A DNA stretch of 64,000 bases, from the NCBI RefSeq assembly GCF_009914755.1, contig NC_060927.1; one strand, written 5' to 3'. Of this stretch, positions 1-13,104 are shown one piece after another (position 1 is the stretch's first letter; every line of letters starts with the position of its first letter). The DNA is from the human T2T-CHM13v2.0 reference genome, Homo sapiens. The notes beneath the pieces were generated by a model. It did not search any database. It worked only from the letters and a program-made list of their open reading frames with translations, and was not told the origin of the DNA. The translations under genes were made by a program, and so were the position numbers.

Positions 1-759
1 CCTGGATCACAGAGGTGCTTTGAAACTTAGCAAGGGTTCAGGGGCCTCTAATGAACACCCAAATATTCCTCAGAAAAGAAAAAAAATCATTCCTTCCTGA
101 TATTCCTTAGAAAAGAAGCTATGTGCAGGCATTGACTTATGGGGTTTCACACCCACCAAGCCATGTTAATGTTCTCAACAACTCAGAAGTATTCTCACTG
201 TCCCCATTTTAAAACTGGCTCAACTGGGCAGTTATTTTCATTAACCAAAGGATTCAATTAATGCTAGATACAAGGAATGCCATGTAACATAGCATTGTAA
301 CAGAGGCCTTCTGCTAGCAAAACAACAGGGCTCAGTGACAGGGAAATCTCAGTAAGGAAGAAAGGAACCCTTCCCCCTGAAATGAGTGGGGAAGCTAACC
401 CCATTCCTGCCGTTGCTACTAAACCCTGAGACTATGAAATGTCAGCACTATTCAAACAGTCATAGAAAACTTCACAGAGAGGAGAAACAGGCAAGACAGG
501 TTTTGGAAGTATAGAAAGCTTAAATATACACCTAACGCAATCAGCTTGAAAATAAAAGAGGCATATGGACATTTGAACCTTACAAGTTCAAGTATACTCC
601 ACTTATGAAGTATAGTACAGCATTCTCTATCTCTATTCCAAAAGTGTGCATAAGCACGCATGCGTACCCCACTCCCCCCACCTCAACACACACACACACA
701 GGTCTCTCTTTGCACATTTTATTCTAACCAGAATCAGAGACATGTCTATCCCTAAAATA

Positions 760-1056
760 TTATTTTGTTAATTTTAGAGACAGGGTCTCTCTTGTCACCC
801 GGGCTCTGGAGTGCAGTGGCACAATTATGCTCACAGCCTTGAATTCCTGGGCTCAAGCAATCTTCCTGCCTCAGCCTCTCAAGTAGCTAGGACTATAGGC
901 ATCCAACACCACACCTGGCTGTTTAAAAAAATGTTTTTGTAGAAACAGGTCTCACTATATTGCCCAGGTTGGCCTTGAGCTCTTGGCTTCAAGTGATCCT
1001 CTTGTCTCAGCCTCCCAAAGCACTGAGATTACAGGCCTGAACCAATGTGCCTGGTC
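760..1056 (-). mobile_element. AluJ-type SINE
   Basis: Antisense Alu dimer (gagacagggtctc...tcctgggctcaagcaatc...gcctcccaaagcactgagattacagg); J-type right arm. Confidence 0.92.
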
Positions 1057-1884
1057 TCCTAAGAATGTTTTCTTTTGGATTTTCTTGAAGAAAATCGCAA
1101 ATAGAAAATACAGTGTGAGTGTATTTTTGCCCATAAGATTTCTCTCCAATAACAGAATTCAGAAAAAATAAAATTAAATAAATGCACAGGCTTTCTGATC
1201 CAGAGGATTCTTTCATAGTATTACTTTCTTGAATATTAAGGATAGAAAATGTAACTCTGGCTTTGAGATGTGATTATTAGAGTTAGAAGCATCAAATAAT
1301 AACTTCAGCTACTTTTTGTTGATTTGTTTTCATGAAACAGCCATTAATCATTTAATTTTCACAATGACCTATGAAATAAAGTATTATTATGGCCTCTATT
1401 TTACTTTATTATTATTACTTCTATTATGGTAAAGCTGAAACTTAGGTTAAGGGAGTTGATGGGTTAGGTTCAGACTCTGAAGTATCCAGAGGTCAATAAT
1501 CCAGGCAGAACTGTGAGTTTCGTGCTTGGTACTGGGTGGAGTTGGGCATAAATGAAGTAGGTCAAGACAAACAGAAAGCAAGTTCATGTGAGCAGCTTGG
1601 AATGAGGACACCAATCAAGAAGACACTGAGAAGGGTGACAGTCAGATGGTTCAGAACCCCAGACTCCACAGGAATGGAAAGAGGATGCAAGAGATCTTGT
1701 TATACTCAGGTATGGTTACCAGGAGGGCAGGGATCCTGATTGTCTTCCTCACAACTGTGTCCTCAGGGCTTATCACAGTGCTTGCAAATAACAGGCAGGA
1801 ATGAAAGAGATTAAAAACTTGGTCCAATAGCCTAGAAGAGAAATGTGAGGTGCCAACTATACAGGGGCTATAAAGTCTTCATCA

Positions 1885-2480
1885 GAGCTCTTTGCTCGCG
1901 AATGATGGAAACATAATTATAACTAATTTAAGCAACCTGGAATTTATTGGCTCATATGACAAACTAGGGAATAGGCAGGGTCAAACAGACCTTGTAGATG
2001 CCAAGAATGTTTTCTTTCTCCTTGCTCTTGCCATTGCTTCTTTTACACAGTTCATTCATTTTCTCTGGTGTGTTCCTTTACACGTGTCATTCATTCTGTT
2101 GAGTGTGCTATCACAAAAGGGTATAAAACCACAACCAAAGGCACCTCCAAGTGTATGTCCTTACAGACTCACCATCAGAGAGGAAAGAGAGCTCTTCGCT
2201 GCTAGCTCCTGTAGGTTAAATCATGGGCAAGGATGCTGATTGACTATCATAACCACTGTGGCCAGGGTGGAGGACATAGCGGTTTGTGTAGTGACTGGCT
2301 TAGCCAGAAGCAGGAGCCATCCTGTGGTCTGGGAGGGTGGGTACCATGACTGGCAGCCCTGTGCAGGGCAACTTGGTCAGATGTGTGAAAAGAACATTTT
2401 CCCCAATAAAAGGGAGTTCCTGTTACCAGAAGAAGAAGGTAGAAGGATGTTGGGCAGCAGAAGCAGCCGATGTTCTCTAC
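1885..2480 (-). mobile_element. Old MaLR LTR (MLT1J/K-like)
   Basis: Antisense MLT1 terminus motif (aactaatttaagca...aatttattggctcatatgac); highly diverged. Confidence 0.5.
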
Positions 2481-3589
2481 AAGGGCTCTTACCTTTGAGG
2501 CAAACATATCCAAGCAAAGGGAGGAACCATTGCTAAGCCGTGACGTTCTAGTTCTGCGATACGCCACAACATCTGGCTCACTCCGATACCATGTTTCCCA
2601 GTCCTACCCTCTTTGGTGTCAGAAATTAAATGAGCCATGATGACCTGCTTTCTGGTCTGCAGAAAAAGCCTCCTAGTTCCAACTGAAATTTAAATTTAAC
2701 TTGGTCCCTTGTAGTGAAACAGTACTGCAGGATAGGCACCATATTAATAGTATCAAACTTTTTATTAATGTCATTTCAAATAATATTTTGCATTTTCAAT
2801 GACTTGGTTATGTGGCACCTTGGGTATAATAATTATTAAATTCTTTCATCTGTTCCAAAGCAAAGGGATGCATTGCTTTGTTTTTCACCCAAAGAATATC
2901 AATAACACCACATTATTAATTTTATTGGGGTCCCATGAATCTCAAAGCTTAAAACTTTATTAAAAAGGCACTCACCCTTGCACTTCTTATTCCCTTTTCC
3001 ACAAATCGAACACAAAAACACATGAGGTGCCAACAGCTAAAACCTTTTGCCAAGATTGGCTTAATGCTTTTAAATGGCCAGAGGCACACTCACACTCTCA
3101 GGGTCCAACTTCTAGAGCACCACATTTAATGAACAATGGCTCTTGGAAAACCTCATGCTGGATCCCAGCCGATACTCACAGCTCACAACTTTGCTGTCAA
3201 GATGCCAACTGTGCAAGGCTCTAACGAGACTTTCCCAGTGCATCTGGCTCCTCCCAGTTAATAGCTGTCATTCCCACAGGCTCAGCTGGTCCTCAGCAAG
3301 TAAGAAGGAGCATCCTCCCCACCAACTGACCCTTTAAATAGCCTTGCCACATTTCCATTGTAAAATATTCACTTTCCTTTCTGTTCTCCTCTCCAACTTC
3401 TGGGGAAACAAGTGAGAAACTGCTAAGTGATGCTGCCTCCTCGTTTGCAACTTTGCTATCATCTCCTCCTCAAAGGAAGCCGGTTCAGTCAGTCTTGTGG
3501 CAGCAAACATGTCCTTAGGGGCAGGTCTCTATAGCTGTCAATAATGACTATGTTTAGCCAAGTCTTACCAAATGTCATTAATGTTAGGT

Positions 3590-3902
3590 TTTGTTTTTGT
3601 TTTTTTTTTAGAGACAATGTCTCTCTCTGTGTCTCAGGCTGGAGTGCAGTGGCTCAAACACAGCTCACCATAACCTTGAACTTCTGGCTTAAGCACTCCT
3701 CCTGCCTCAGCCTCCTAAGTAGCTGGGACTACAGGTGTGTACCACCACACCCAGTTAATTTTTAATTTTAATTTTTTTTTTTTTTTTGTAGAGACAGGGG
3801 TCTTGTTGTGTTGCCCAGGTTGGTCTCAAACTCCTGACTTCAAGGGATCTGCCTTGGCCTCTGAAGTGCTGAGATTACAGATGTGAGCCACCACACCCAG
3901 CC
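3590..3902 (-). mobile_element. AluJ-type SINE
   Basis: Full antisense dimer; TSD taatgttaggttt (3579-3591) / taatgtcaggttt (3903-3915). Confidence 0.95.
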
Positions 3903-4499
3903 TAATGTCAGGTTTTTAAGCAAGTATTTGCACCAGTGTTTGAAGAGTGTCTTTTGGAATCTTCCTGAAATTTGCATAAACTAGAACATGGGGTGAGGGT
4001 GGCGTGGTTTAAGGAAGAAAGTGGTAATATAGATGTTCCCACTCCAGCCCCTGGCAATACTATATACATCTTTTACTGAATGTAAATTCAACAGGTGCTT
4101 GGGTATAAAAGACAGTAAGGATTAGCATGAGAAAGAAATAATGTAATGTAAGTGATTCCACCTATGAAGCCACTTAGTAAAGGCGAGCGTTAGATGGGAC
4201 TTAGGAATATTCTCAATGGGGCTTAGTTCCTGGATATCTCTCACGGTGTCAGCATTGCACAGTGTAATCACTCTACTATTTAAAGGGAGGCATTTTTCAT
4301 ACAACACGGTCCCTAACCTCAAGACAACTACTTTATCTGGTGCTTAATCTAAGAAACAGAAACAGTGAATTAAGTTTCAACTCCGGACTTAACAAGAGGT
4401 GCAATGTCTGACATGGCAACCCAAACGATGTTCAGGGGTTACTTATTACACAGGATTTTTGTCTTTGTGATTTTCTGATCTGATGGTGTCCACTGGGCC

Positions 4500-4670
4500 A
4501 GGGATGGAAAGTAGTTTTCCACTTGAATGCCAAGTCCAGTTGATTGGTAGTGGCTGCCTGGGCATTGCTTCGAGAAGGATTCTAAGGCCCAGTGGGAAAG
4601 AGTGCTATGATTGATCAGCAATGTCTGCCATAGGCCCAGACGCGGCTGCAGAAGTGTCACCCATTTCTTT
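4500..4670. mobile_element. Ancient hAT-type MITE; second copy at about 48170-48350
   Basis: Shares the identical 21-mer tgattgatcagcaatgtctgc (4608-4628) with 48274-48294, plus weaker upstream similarity. Confidence 0.55.
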
Positions 4671-4849
4671 CATTGAGAGGGAAATGAGGGTTGTATTGTG
4701 TTTTTCCTTTCCAAATATTAGGCATTTGATTTTTTTTCCTCGTGGAGCCAGGGCTAGCTGAGGTTTTTATTCCTGGCCATGTGGGGGAAAAAGGAGTTAG
4801 GGGGTCACGGAAAAGCGTCTGTGGCGTTTACTGACCTAGGTCATCCGGG

Positions 4850-5000
4850 TCAGCACACTTTTTAAAAATACAGTCTCAATTGTAGCTACTTAACTCTGCT
4901 GTTGCAGTGGGAAAGCAGCCGAGACAATGCATACTCAAATGGCACAGCTGCGTGCCAATAAAACTTTATTTACAAAACAGGCCATGGCCAACCCCAATCT
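4850..5000. mobile_element. MER58A-like hAT-Charlie MITE fragment
   Basis: ctacttaactctgctgttgcagtgggaaagcagcc...gtgccaataaaactttatttacaaaacaggc. Confidence 0.8.
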
Positions 5001-5734
5001 AGATCGTGAGAGAGATGGGTAGGAATTAATGCATAGATGAAATGGGAAGGTGAAATCAGGGGAAAATTTGTTTCTAGAAAGGAATTTAGGAGCAAACCTG
5101 AAAACTCCCTTCTGAAGTGATGAAGAATCCTGAAGTCATGAGGCCTGAAAGGTTCTTTTCAATTAATAGTCTGTAATGCAATCATAAGCTCCTCCACATG
5201 CAACCAAGAGGCTGCTGCCTATCAAGTGTGGTTCAAGAGCCAAGTGCCCCCAAAGGCATCATCTTGCTAGTCTGAAAGTTCCGCCAATTGACGCTTTCTC
5301 CAGAAAGCCCTTGTTGAAAAGTAAAGCCGTCTCCACAGAACACTTAATCCAATAACCCACCAGCACTTGGAGAACATATTAGTTAAGAGAGAGCAGGACT
5401 GTGATGGAGCAGAACGTGGGACCTGTAAGTTTTGAGTGGAAAATGCTGTAAAACAGGAAAATGATATCATAAAAAGGACTCAGGGCTTGTTGCACTGCCT
5501 GGGCAGGCAGGGCTTGGTAGGGGGAGTGGGGGGTGGACAATAAACAAGGGCAGCTCTGCTGAGCTGGAGCCAGCAGCATTTGGAGATAGTTGCGTGGAGT
5601 CCTGGCAGGGGACCAGAGCCACCTTAGAGCAGGGATGGCGCCAGTGGGAGGAATTTCAAGCAGGGAAGAGTCGACGACTGGAGGGCTCACTCCCAAGTTG
5701 CACCTGGGGACCACTGCTTAGAGTGTGTTTTTTA

Positions 5735-5955
5735 GAGAGGCCAGTGAGAAACTCAGGTTTGAAGTCAGATTCTATCAACCTGGGGTAAAATCCCAGCTCT
5801 GCACTTACCCACCTTATAATCTTGGAGGAATTATTTAACCACCTTAAGGCTTGGCTTGGCATCTGTAAAATAGAGAGAAAAACACTTCCATCCTGAGGTT
5901 GTTCGTGAGGAATATATGCAGAGTGTCTAAAAGGCCAGTTCTTGGCTCACAGTGA
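5735..5955 (+). mobile_element. MIR SINE
   Basis: aatcccagctctgcacttac...ttatttaacc...catctgtaaaatag core. Confidence 0.75.
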
Positions 5956-6379
5956 GTTTTCAGGAAAGGGAGCCTGTAGTCATTCCACTACTCAGTCTCA
6001 GCAGAAAACTGGCATTGCTTGGTTCAGCACTTCTTTGTGCTGAATGTGTGAATGCAAAAGGGAAGAAGGCAGAGGTTACTAGCGGATTCCGGCTCAGTCT
6101 TTACCCTAGAGCTAGATGCCTGAACTTCTCTCTTTGAGTTGGAGAAGCAAATCCACTCAGCTGTTGAGACATTTCCAACAAGAATTCATTTCAATTGGAA
6201 ACTCATACAACCAGGAGATTCCTAGGCGTGGTCCCATTTCTCTGTGTGCACCACAGAAAGCTTACAATGACCCAGTAGAAGGAGTATTAGTGCATCATCT
6301 GTCCTCATAAGGCATCAGGAACACAATGAGCTACTTCCCAGTCACCTCTGGACTGCCAAGGGGTTGGCCAGATGGCATA

Positions 6380-6840
6380 GTGGCCACCAGCATTCACCCT
6401 CATTCTTCTAGCTGAGAAAAATCTCGATTTTTATACATTATCCACCCCTCCCTCACACAACCCAGGTGCTAACCTCCACTTCAGGGGAAAACCTAATTGG
6501 CATAAACCAATTGGCATGTGAGGGGACCTGGGACAGAAGCCAGTCCAACAGAGGGAATCTCAGGGCTATTGCTTGGAAATCTAGGATAAAGGTACCCTCT
6601 CTTCTCTCCATATAGAAAGCTCAGATGTGAGGACTAAACTGCCACAGCCATTCTTGGTACTAAAAAGGAAGAAAATCTGACAACAAAGCCCACATGTGGG
6701 GAAAGCAGAGTAGAGAGAATTCAGAGAACACTGGCAGCCTCTTCAACTGCACTTGAAGTTAGAACCCTTCAGGTTCTCAGTTACATGAGCCAATAAGCAG
6801 CTCTTATGGTTTAAGCTGGTCTGAAATGGGGTTTCTCCTG
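6380..6840 (+). mobile_element. Old MaLR LTR (MLT1J/K-like)
   Basis: 3' terminus cagttacatgagccaataag...tttaagctggtctgaaatggggtttct. Confidence 0.55.
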
Positions 6841-7177
6841 GTCATATGGGTTCTTCCACTTTCAGGATCCTCAGAACCCCCAGCAATGCCAACAAGAACT
6901 CCACCCTTTCCTCAAATGGCTCAGATTTCCTGACAACAAACACAATTTCCTAGTGCACAGAACAGACCCCTGGCTTGCTTCCCTCAGACTGTGAAGCAAA
7001 AGGACAAAGTAACAAAGGTTAACTTTCGTTGGTACCTTCCTCTCTGAGCCCATCTCTTGCTCCTGACTATTCCTCTCCTTCAGGACACTCGGGCCAATTT
7101 CAAGTTCCAAAAGCAGGTCCGATATCAGCTCTGAAATTCCACTAAGTCTCCAGATACTACTGGCACTCCTGTGCCTA

Positions 7178-7360
7178 AGAGTGAGTGTGTGAATGCAGGG
7201 GTAAGCGTGTGAATATCTGCGTGAGTGTAATGGATAAGTGTAAATGTAGGAATGCGTGTGTGAGTATGAGTATGAGGGTGAGCATGTCTGTGCATGAGCG
7301 AGTGTGAATATGTGTGTGAGTACGTGAGTGTATGTGAGTGTATGAACGTGTATGTAGTTT
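7178..7360. repeat. Degenerate (TG/TGAG/TATG)n low-complexity tract
   Basis: Alternating purine-pyrimidine sequence; produces the His/Thr-rich ORFs 7125-7364 and 7175-7399. Confidence 0.85.
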
Positions 7361-7559
7361 GCAAGACCTGTACAAGCTGTTTCTGGAAAAGTGCTCCACC
7401 TAGGGGCAGACTGTCAAACTGATGCCCTCTGATGGCACAGGCATGGCCCAGAAACGGCCATTGAGAGGAAGGAAGGAAAATAGAATATTTTACCTACGGG
7501 TTCAGCATCTTCTCTTAATAAAAGTAATGCCTGAAAGGTTATGGAACAAGGGAAAAAAA

Positions 7560-7705
7560 GAAATATATAAATAAATAAATAAATAAATATATATATATAT
7601 ATTTGAGACAGGGTCTTGCTCTGTTGCCCAGGCTGGAATCTGGAGGTATGATCACAGCTCATTGCAGCCTCTGACTCCTGGGCTCAAGGAATCCTCCCAT
7701 CTCAG
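7560..7705 (-). mobile_element. AluJ right-arm fragment with (AAAT)n/(TA)n-converted tail
   Basis: ttgagacagggtcttgctctgttgcccaggctgga...ctcctgggctcaaggaatcctcccatctcag, then similarity ends. Confidence 0.88.
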
Positions 7706-8839
7706 GTCTCAAGAACAATATTTTTAATTACAATGGAAAACACTACTTTAAACAAATTGAAGTTTGAAAATTTGTACCTGGCCTATAGAAGAGGGGCTGT
7801 AAGCCATAAGGGGTCAGCCAAGTGAAATCCATGAGTCCCATGGGCCGTATTCTCCTGTGGCAAACTAGAGATGGCATCCCTGATTGAAGTGGGGACACCG
7901 CCATTCAGCCCTGAATGGTGCCAAGTGATAATGATGGCCCAGTGGTGCCAAAACTCTGATTTAAAAACAAAACACATCAGAACAATTTATCCAGATTTGT
8001 ACCTGAACTATCCTAATTTTCTACATGGTGGCTACTAATTCATATGGTATTCTAACTGTAAGTCACCAATTTGCAACTAATGCTGTCCATTCTCTGTTGT
8101 TTCTCAAAATTGAAGAAGGTTTAAGTTAGGACTCCTTTAAATTTTCATTGTCCTGAGAGTATTTACAAATATGACTCAACTCACAAAAATACAATTAACC
8201 ACCCACATTTCAGTCTGAAGCAAGGTACACCTGGATGATTATAAATGTATCTAGGCAATACAATTTAAACCTGGGATAGAGAGGGAGAAGCTGACAGCAT
8301 TGAGTTTCTGAGTTATGTTTTTCATCCTACAGGATATGAATCACCCCAGGCTCCATCCTTCAGCAGGGTAAATCTCTTTGTCAGAAGCATGAGGAATCAG
8401 AAATGTTCTGTCTCCCGACTTCATAAAAATATTTCACTAATGAACAAAGTCTCCAGTTCCAAAGCTGACCCTGATCTCCTGTCTAGGGAAACTTTTAAGA
8501 AGTTCATCGAATAAAGTAGTGAGTAATTTACAATATCCTGGATAACTGCCTAGGGACGTGGTTATAATATAATTCACATTGGGATTCCAGTTAATGATAT
8601 AGCCTCCAATCTAGTTTCACCACGCACTTCTTAAAGTGGAAGATTTCCGAGGTCCTTGCTTTTGAACAATTATCTATATCAAATCAGAACAAACTCCTGA
8701 CTGAGTGATTTTTAAGTTTTATTGTTCTGAAGCCCAATTGCAAAAATAAGTGGCTGAGTGTTCAGAAATACAGCAGGAATATTACCCACTTGCTAATCTA
8801 GCTAGAAATTGCATTTCTTTCTAGATGACAGTAAAAACA

Positions 8840-9070
8840 GGTAACATTTATTGAGTGCTCACTATGTGCCAAGCACTACTTTCAGCACTTTTCATCTATA
8901 AATTTATTAATGTGCTCAAAAACCCTAGGAGGTGGGTCCAATTATTATGCCCATTTATCAAATAAGGCAGAGAGGGATTAAGAAAATTATACAAGGTCTT
9001 CCAGTTGGTAGCTGGTAGAGCCAGGTTTGAACCCAGGAATTCTGGCCCCACAACCCAAGCTAACTGCTTT
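8840..9070 (-). mobile_element. MIR SINE
   Basis: taacatttattgagtgctcactatgtgccaagcac...ccaggtttgaacccagg. Confidence 0.85.
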
Positions 9071-9671
9071 ACAAGACTGAGATGCAGATTCAATAGACCT
9101 TTTGAATTAGAATAGAAGAAAGATAAACTGAGGACACTTGATGTCACAGGAAAAGGGTGCCTGGAAATCAACAGTTGTTACTGGAGTCAGACTATGTGGT
9201 GGACTGGTCAACTTTCAGAAGTCTGATTTTATTTTACTGATTGCTATTCTTTTGATAACCCTAAAGTTAGTGAGAGCAGAGGGGACCGAAAGTAGGTAGA
9301 AGCAGGAGGAAGAAGAGATAAAGGTGGAATATGGGCTGCTTCAAGTATCCAAGGGAAGTAAGACAGTCACTTGCTCAAAGTTCTTCCCTGTAGAGGCCAA
9401 AGAGAATTTCATTTGGCTGAGTTTCTGTTTAAAACACAAATGGCTGTATTGTAACATAATGCACATTTACAAAGCATTCATTCTTTCCTACCCATTAATT
9501 TACTTAGGTTATCTAAGAGATGCAGAACTTGAATGAGCGAAAAGACTAATTTCAAGTTTTACCATTGGAAAGGGTTAATTCGTCATGTTGAGTGCTAAAG
9601 CTGGGGCCTCTGAGTGGATGAATGGGCAGTCAGAGGAGACCTAAGAGAATTCCAATGAGAAGCTCCACTTT

Positions 9672-9700
9672 TTTTTTTTTTTTTTTTTTTTTTTTGAGAC
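9672..9700 (-). mobile_element. Extremely 5'-truncated Alu (GTCTC plus poly-A) with 15-bp TSD
   Basis: gagaagctccacttt (9657-9671) + poly-T + gagac + gagaagctccacttt (9701-9715). Confidence 0.85.
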
Positions 9701-10034
9701 GAGAAGCTCCACTTTGTTCCCAGTTCCTTGAAGTTGGGTGGGAAGCTTCACACGCACCAGGCATGAAATCAAACCTTCTCTGTGGTTACCTATTATCACC
9801 GATGGGTCTCTGAGTTATCATGGTTTCCTCTTTTGTCCCACTACTGTAGTCTATTCATACCTCTATTGCAGTAATTCCATTGTCTATGATAATGGTTCAT
9901 TGCTATACTCTTGATACGCAGCACAGTGCCTAATGTATAGTAGGCATAAGAGTCAGGTTTGTTGAACGACTGGATTAAAGATGCTCAACTAGACTAACAC
10001 ATAAAACTAGTCATTAATATGGATGAAAGTAATC

Positions 10035-10250
10035 ATTAGTATTTATTGAGCATGAATGAGCCAAGTGCTTACATGTATTATAACTTCATTTAATCTCTCA
10101 ATGACTCTATAATGTAGGCATTATCCTGATTATCTCCATTTTACAGTTAAAGAAACGAGGCACAGAGTAGTGATTTCCTCAAGGTCACTTAGCCTGGACT
10201 TGACCCCAGGCCGTCTTGATGTTAGAGCCAGATCTATAAACCTTGAACTG
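10035..10250 (-). mobile_element. MIR SINE
   Basis: atttattgagc...tctccattttacagttaaagaaacgaggcacagag core. Confidence 0.8.
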
Positions 10251-11375
10251 TATCTCTCCCTTTATTTTACTGTCCTGACTGAATGCAATTAGGCACACTA
10301 AATGTTCTTACTAATTCTTCTCAAATACTTTCCCACTATAGTGCCTCTCTCAGAACGGTACCTGCCCATAGTCACAAATCACAGTAACCCCATTTCATAA
10401 CCAGGCTCCCTCAAATGTCATTAAATCCTAGCAGTGGCTTTAAGATAGAAATAAATATGCAAGATGCTTGAATTAGCAAGGTTTCCCATTTTCCTCTTTC
10501 CCTAGCTTTAGAGTTTGACTTGATTGCCTCATTAATCTCAAGGGAATGTGATGCATTCACCACAAGTCCAAAAGATGTGCAGCGTTTCACAAAGCAGCAG
10601 AATGAAGACAATACAACCCTGCATCTCCTATGCCGGGAGCTGCAGAGAAGTGCAGGCAAGAAGAAAATGGTGTAAACGGCTCCTACGTGTTTCTCAGAGA
10701 TGTAAGAAAAAAGTGGAGAGAAATTTCTATTTGCTTATTTTCTTTTGTTTACATTAATGTCATTCCATGCCTTTGGGGATTTGGAACCTTCTGGAATTTC
10801 TCGATTCTGGGATGTTTTGTTGAATTTCATTTATTCTTACTAAGGATGATGCTGGCTTGGAGAAAAGACGTGCATATGGCATGTTCCTCAAAACACATAT
10901 GTTCCCATCTCCAGAAGGAAACTAGAAAATATCATACAGCTGCATTTCATCTATAGGGAGAGAGTGCTTCTAGAGGAGAAAAGTGGTTGCAGGTAACAGA
11001 TGCCTGCCTGAATAAAATCATAAGAGCTTGCACAAAACACACAATACCTACTTCAAAAGACCTCAAACAGGAAATAATCAAGGTGCTGCTTTAACAGTGG
11101 AGAGATACACACTAGGACAAGACTGTCCGTCAAGCAGATGAGTAGCACAGATCAGACATGGGGAAGGAAAAAAACCACAAAAACAGTTCTGCACTAAAAG
11201 TATGCTTCCCCTCGCTTTTTACAAATCTATACTATGTGGCTAGAAACCATGCATCATGTAAGAGATGGTTCTTCTTTTCAGCGAAGGAAAATAATGCTTC
11301 TTTTTAATTAGAAGGTGTTCCTTCGATGAACGTGTTGTGGTCCAGGGGCAGAAAAAGTCAATGGTAATCTTAGGG

Positions 11376-11415
11376 CGTGATCCGCCTGGCTTGGCCTCCC
11401 AAAGTGCTGGGATTA
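11376..11415 (-). mobile_element. Isolated 40-bp internal Alu left-arm fragment
   Basis: cgtgatccgcctggcttggcctcccaaagtgctgggatta in unique sequence, flanked by ttaggg direct repeats. Confidence 0.85.
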
Positions 11416-11667
11416 GGGTTGAATCAATAGATGCTGTTTATTGCTCCAGGTGAGCAGTGCCATCAGGTTGACGTAAAGCACATTTCGAGGGGCTGCATTT
11501 CAACACTATCATGAGAGCTGCATGAGGTCAAGGGTGTGCCCAGAAAGCAGGCCCAGCCTGTGCAGGTAACTGCTTAGGGCGTACCCAGAAGTGCAGGTAG
11601 CTGTGTTGTCCTCCAGGGACTCCCATGAGGAACTCTCTAACCTTGGCTTCTATTGTACTTATGTTGA

Positions 11668-11988
<321 letters not shown>

Positions 11989-12289
11989 AGCTTACAAACT
12001 TTTTAAGGCATTGACCACTGCCCAGTGAAAAGAAAGAAATAGTCAACATCTATATTTTGTGAACAGGCAACAATATGAGTGAATCCATCAAATGGAGATA
12101 AAGCCCCATACTGACTTCTCAAGGCTGGGCACCCACCTCTAAAAGGATGCAGAGTCACAAGATACTATGGATTGGGGAGCAGATCCATGCCCCCAGTTCT
12201 TTCATTTCAACCATATGCCCCAAGAGTCTTCTATGTCTGTGGTCAAGCCCCATCTACCTCTCCCTTGCCCCTTGTCCTACGCCCCCTCT

Positions 12290-12695
12290 TCCCCCTCTGC
12301 CCTCTAACACACTACAATATCTGGCTGCATGGCCACTGCACACCCTGTTGCCTCCATATGGAACCCTCAGCCTCTTCTCCCTTTTCCTGGTTAGGTGCTA
12401 CTCAGTCTTCAACTCTCAGCTAAAGAGTCATGTCCAGGAGGAAGCTGTCCCTGATTCCCTCAGCCTAGGCCAGGTTCTTCTGATAAGTAACTTCTTAGAA
12501 CAGCAATTATTTTCTTTGACTTACTTTAGTCTGCAATTATGCATTTATTAATGGGACTATTTAATTTTGATCTTTTCCATGGGGCTGTGGGGTTTTGAGA
12601 GCTGGAAACTACTTTGTCTGCTTTTGGTCTCTATTGTTTCTCCATCCTTCATGGCACATTGTAGGGCTCAAGGAATGTTTGTTGAATAAAGAAAT
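12290..12695 (+). mobile_element. L2 LINE 3' remnant
   Basis: tcttcaactctcagctaaagagtca...ggcacattgtagggctcaaggaatgtttgttgaataaa terminus. Confidence 0.7.
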
Positions 12696-13104
12696 ACTCA
12701 GTGTATTCGGTTAACACATTAAGGACCAGATAAAAGACAGTAGTACTGGCTATTATTCATCTTTTATTCTCTATGAAATTAATCATTTATTCAAGATGAA
12801 AACTAGACTCCCCTGCTGAATAAAGTGCCCTGTCCTCTGAGTTAGAAAGATTAAATATTAAAAGTTTTATATAGGGGAACCACTTTTTGCTTTGACTGCC
12901 AGGGCATACCAAGTAGCTCAAAGCTAAATTTTGGGCCTGCCCTTAATAACAGGTACTGTTTTGCACGTGGTTCTGAGTAATGCATTTCTAAATAAGCATC
13001 CCCAAAGATGCAAAGCAGGTATTCTCAGCTGCTGAAAGCTAACATACAGAAAGAAAAAGCAGGTGTTCCAAGGATCTTTCTGGGAGAAATTGCTTTATTA
13101 AAAA

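Noticed and set aside
7125-7399. His/Thr-rich ORFs
   Set aside because: Translation of a TG-rich low-complexity tract
8334-8367. Possible small plus-strand exon (cctacag|GATATG...CAGG|gtaaat)
   Set aside because: Weak donor and isolated; expected by chance in 64 kb
10411-10956. Overlapping ORFs and a possible plus-strand exon (about 10506-10701)
   Set aside because: No recognisable protein, moderate splice signals, no partner exon
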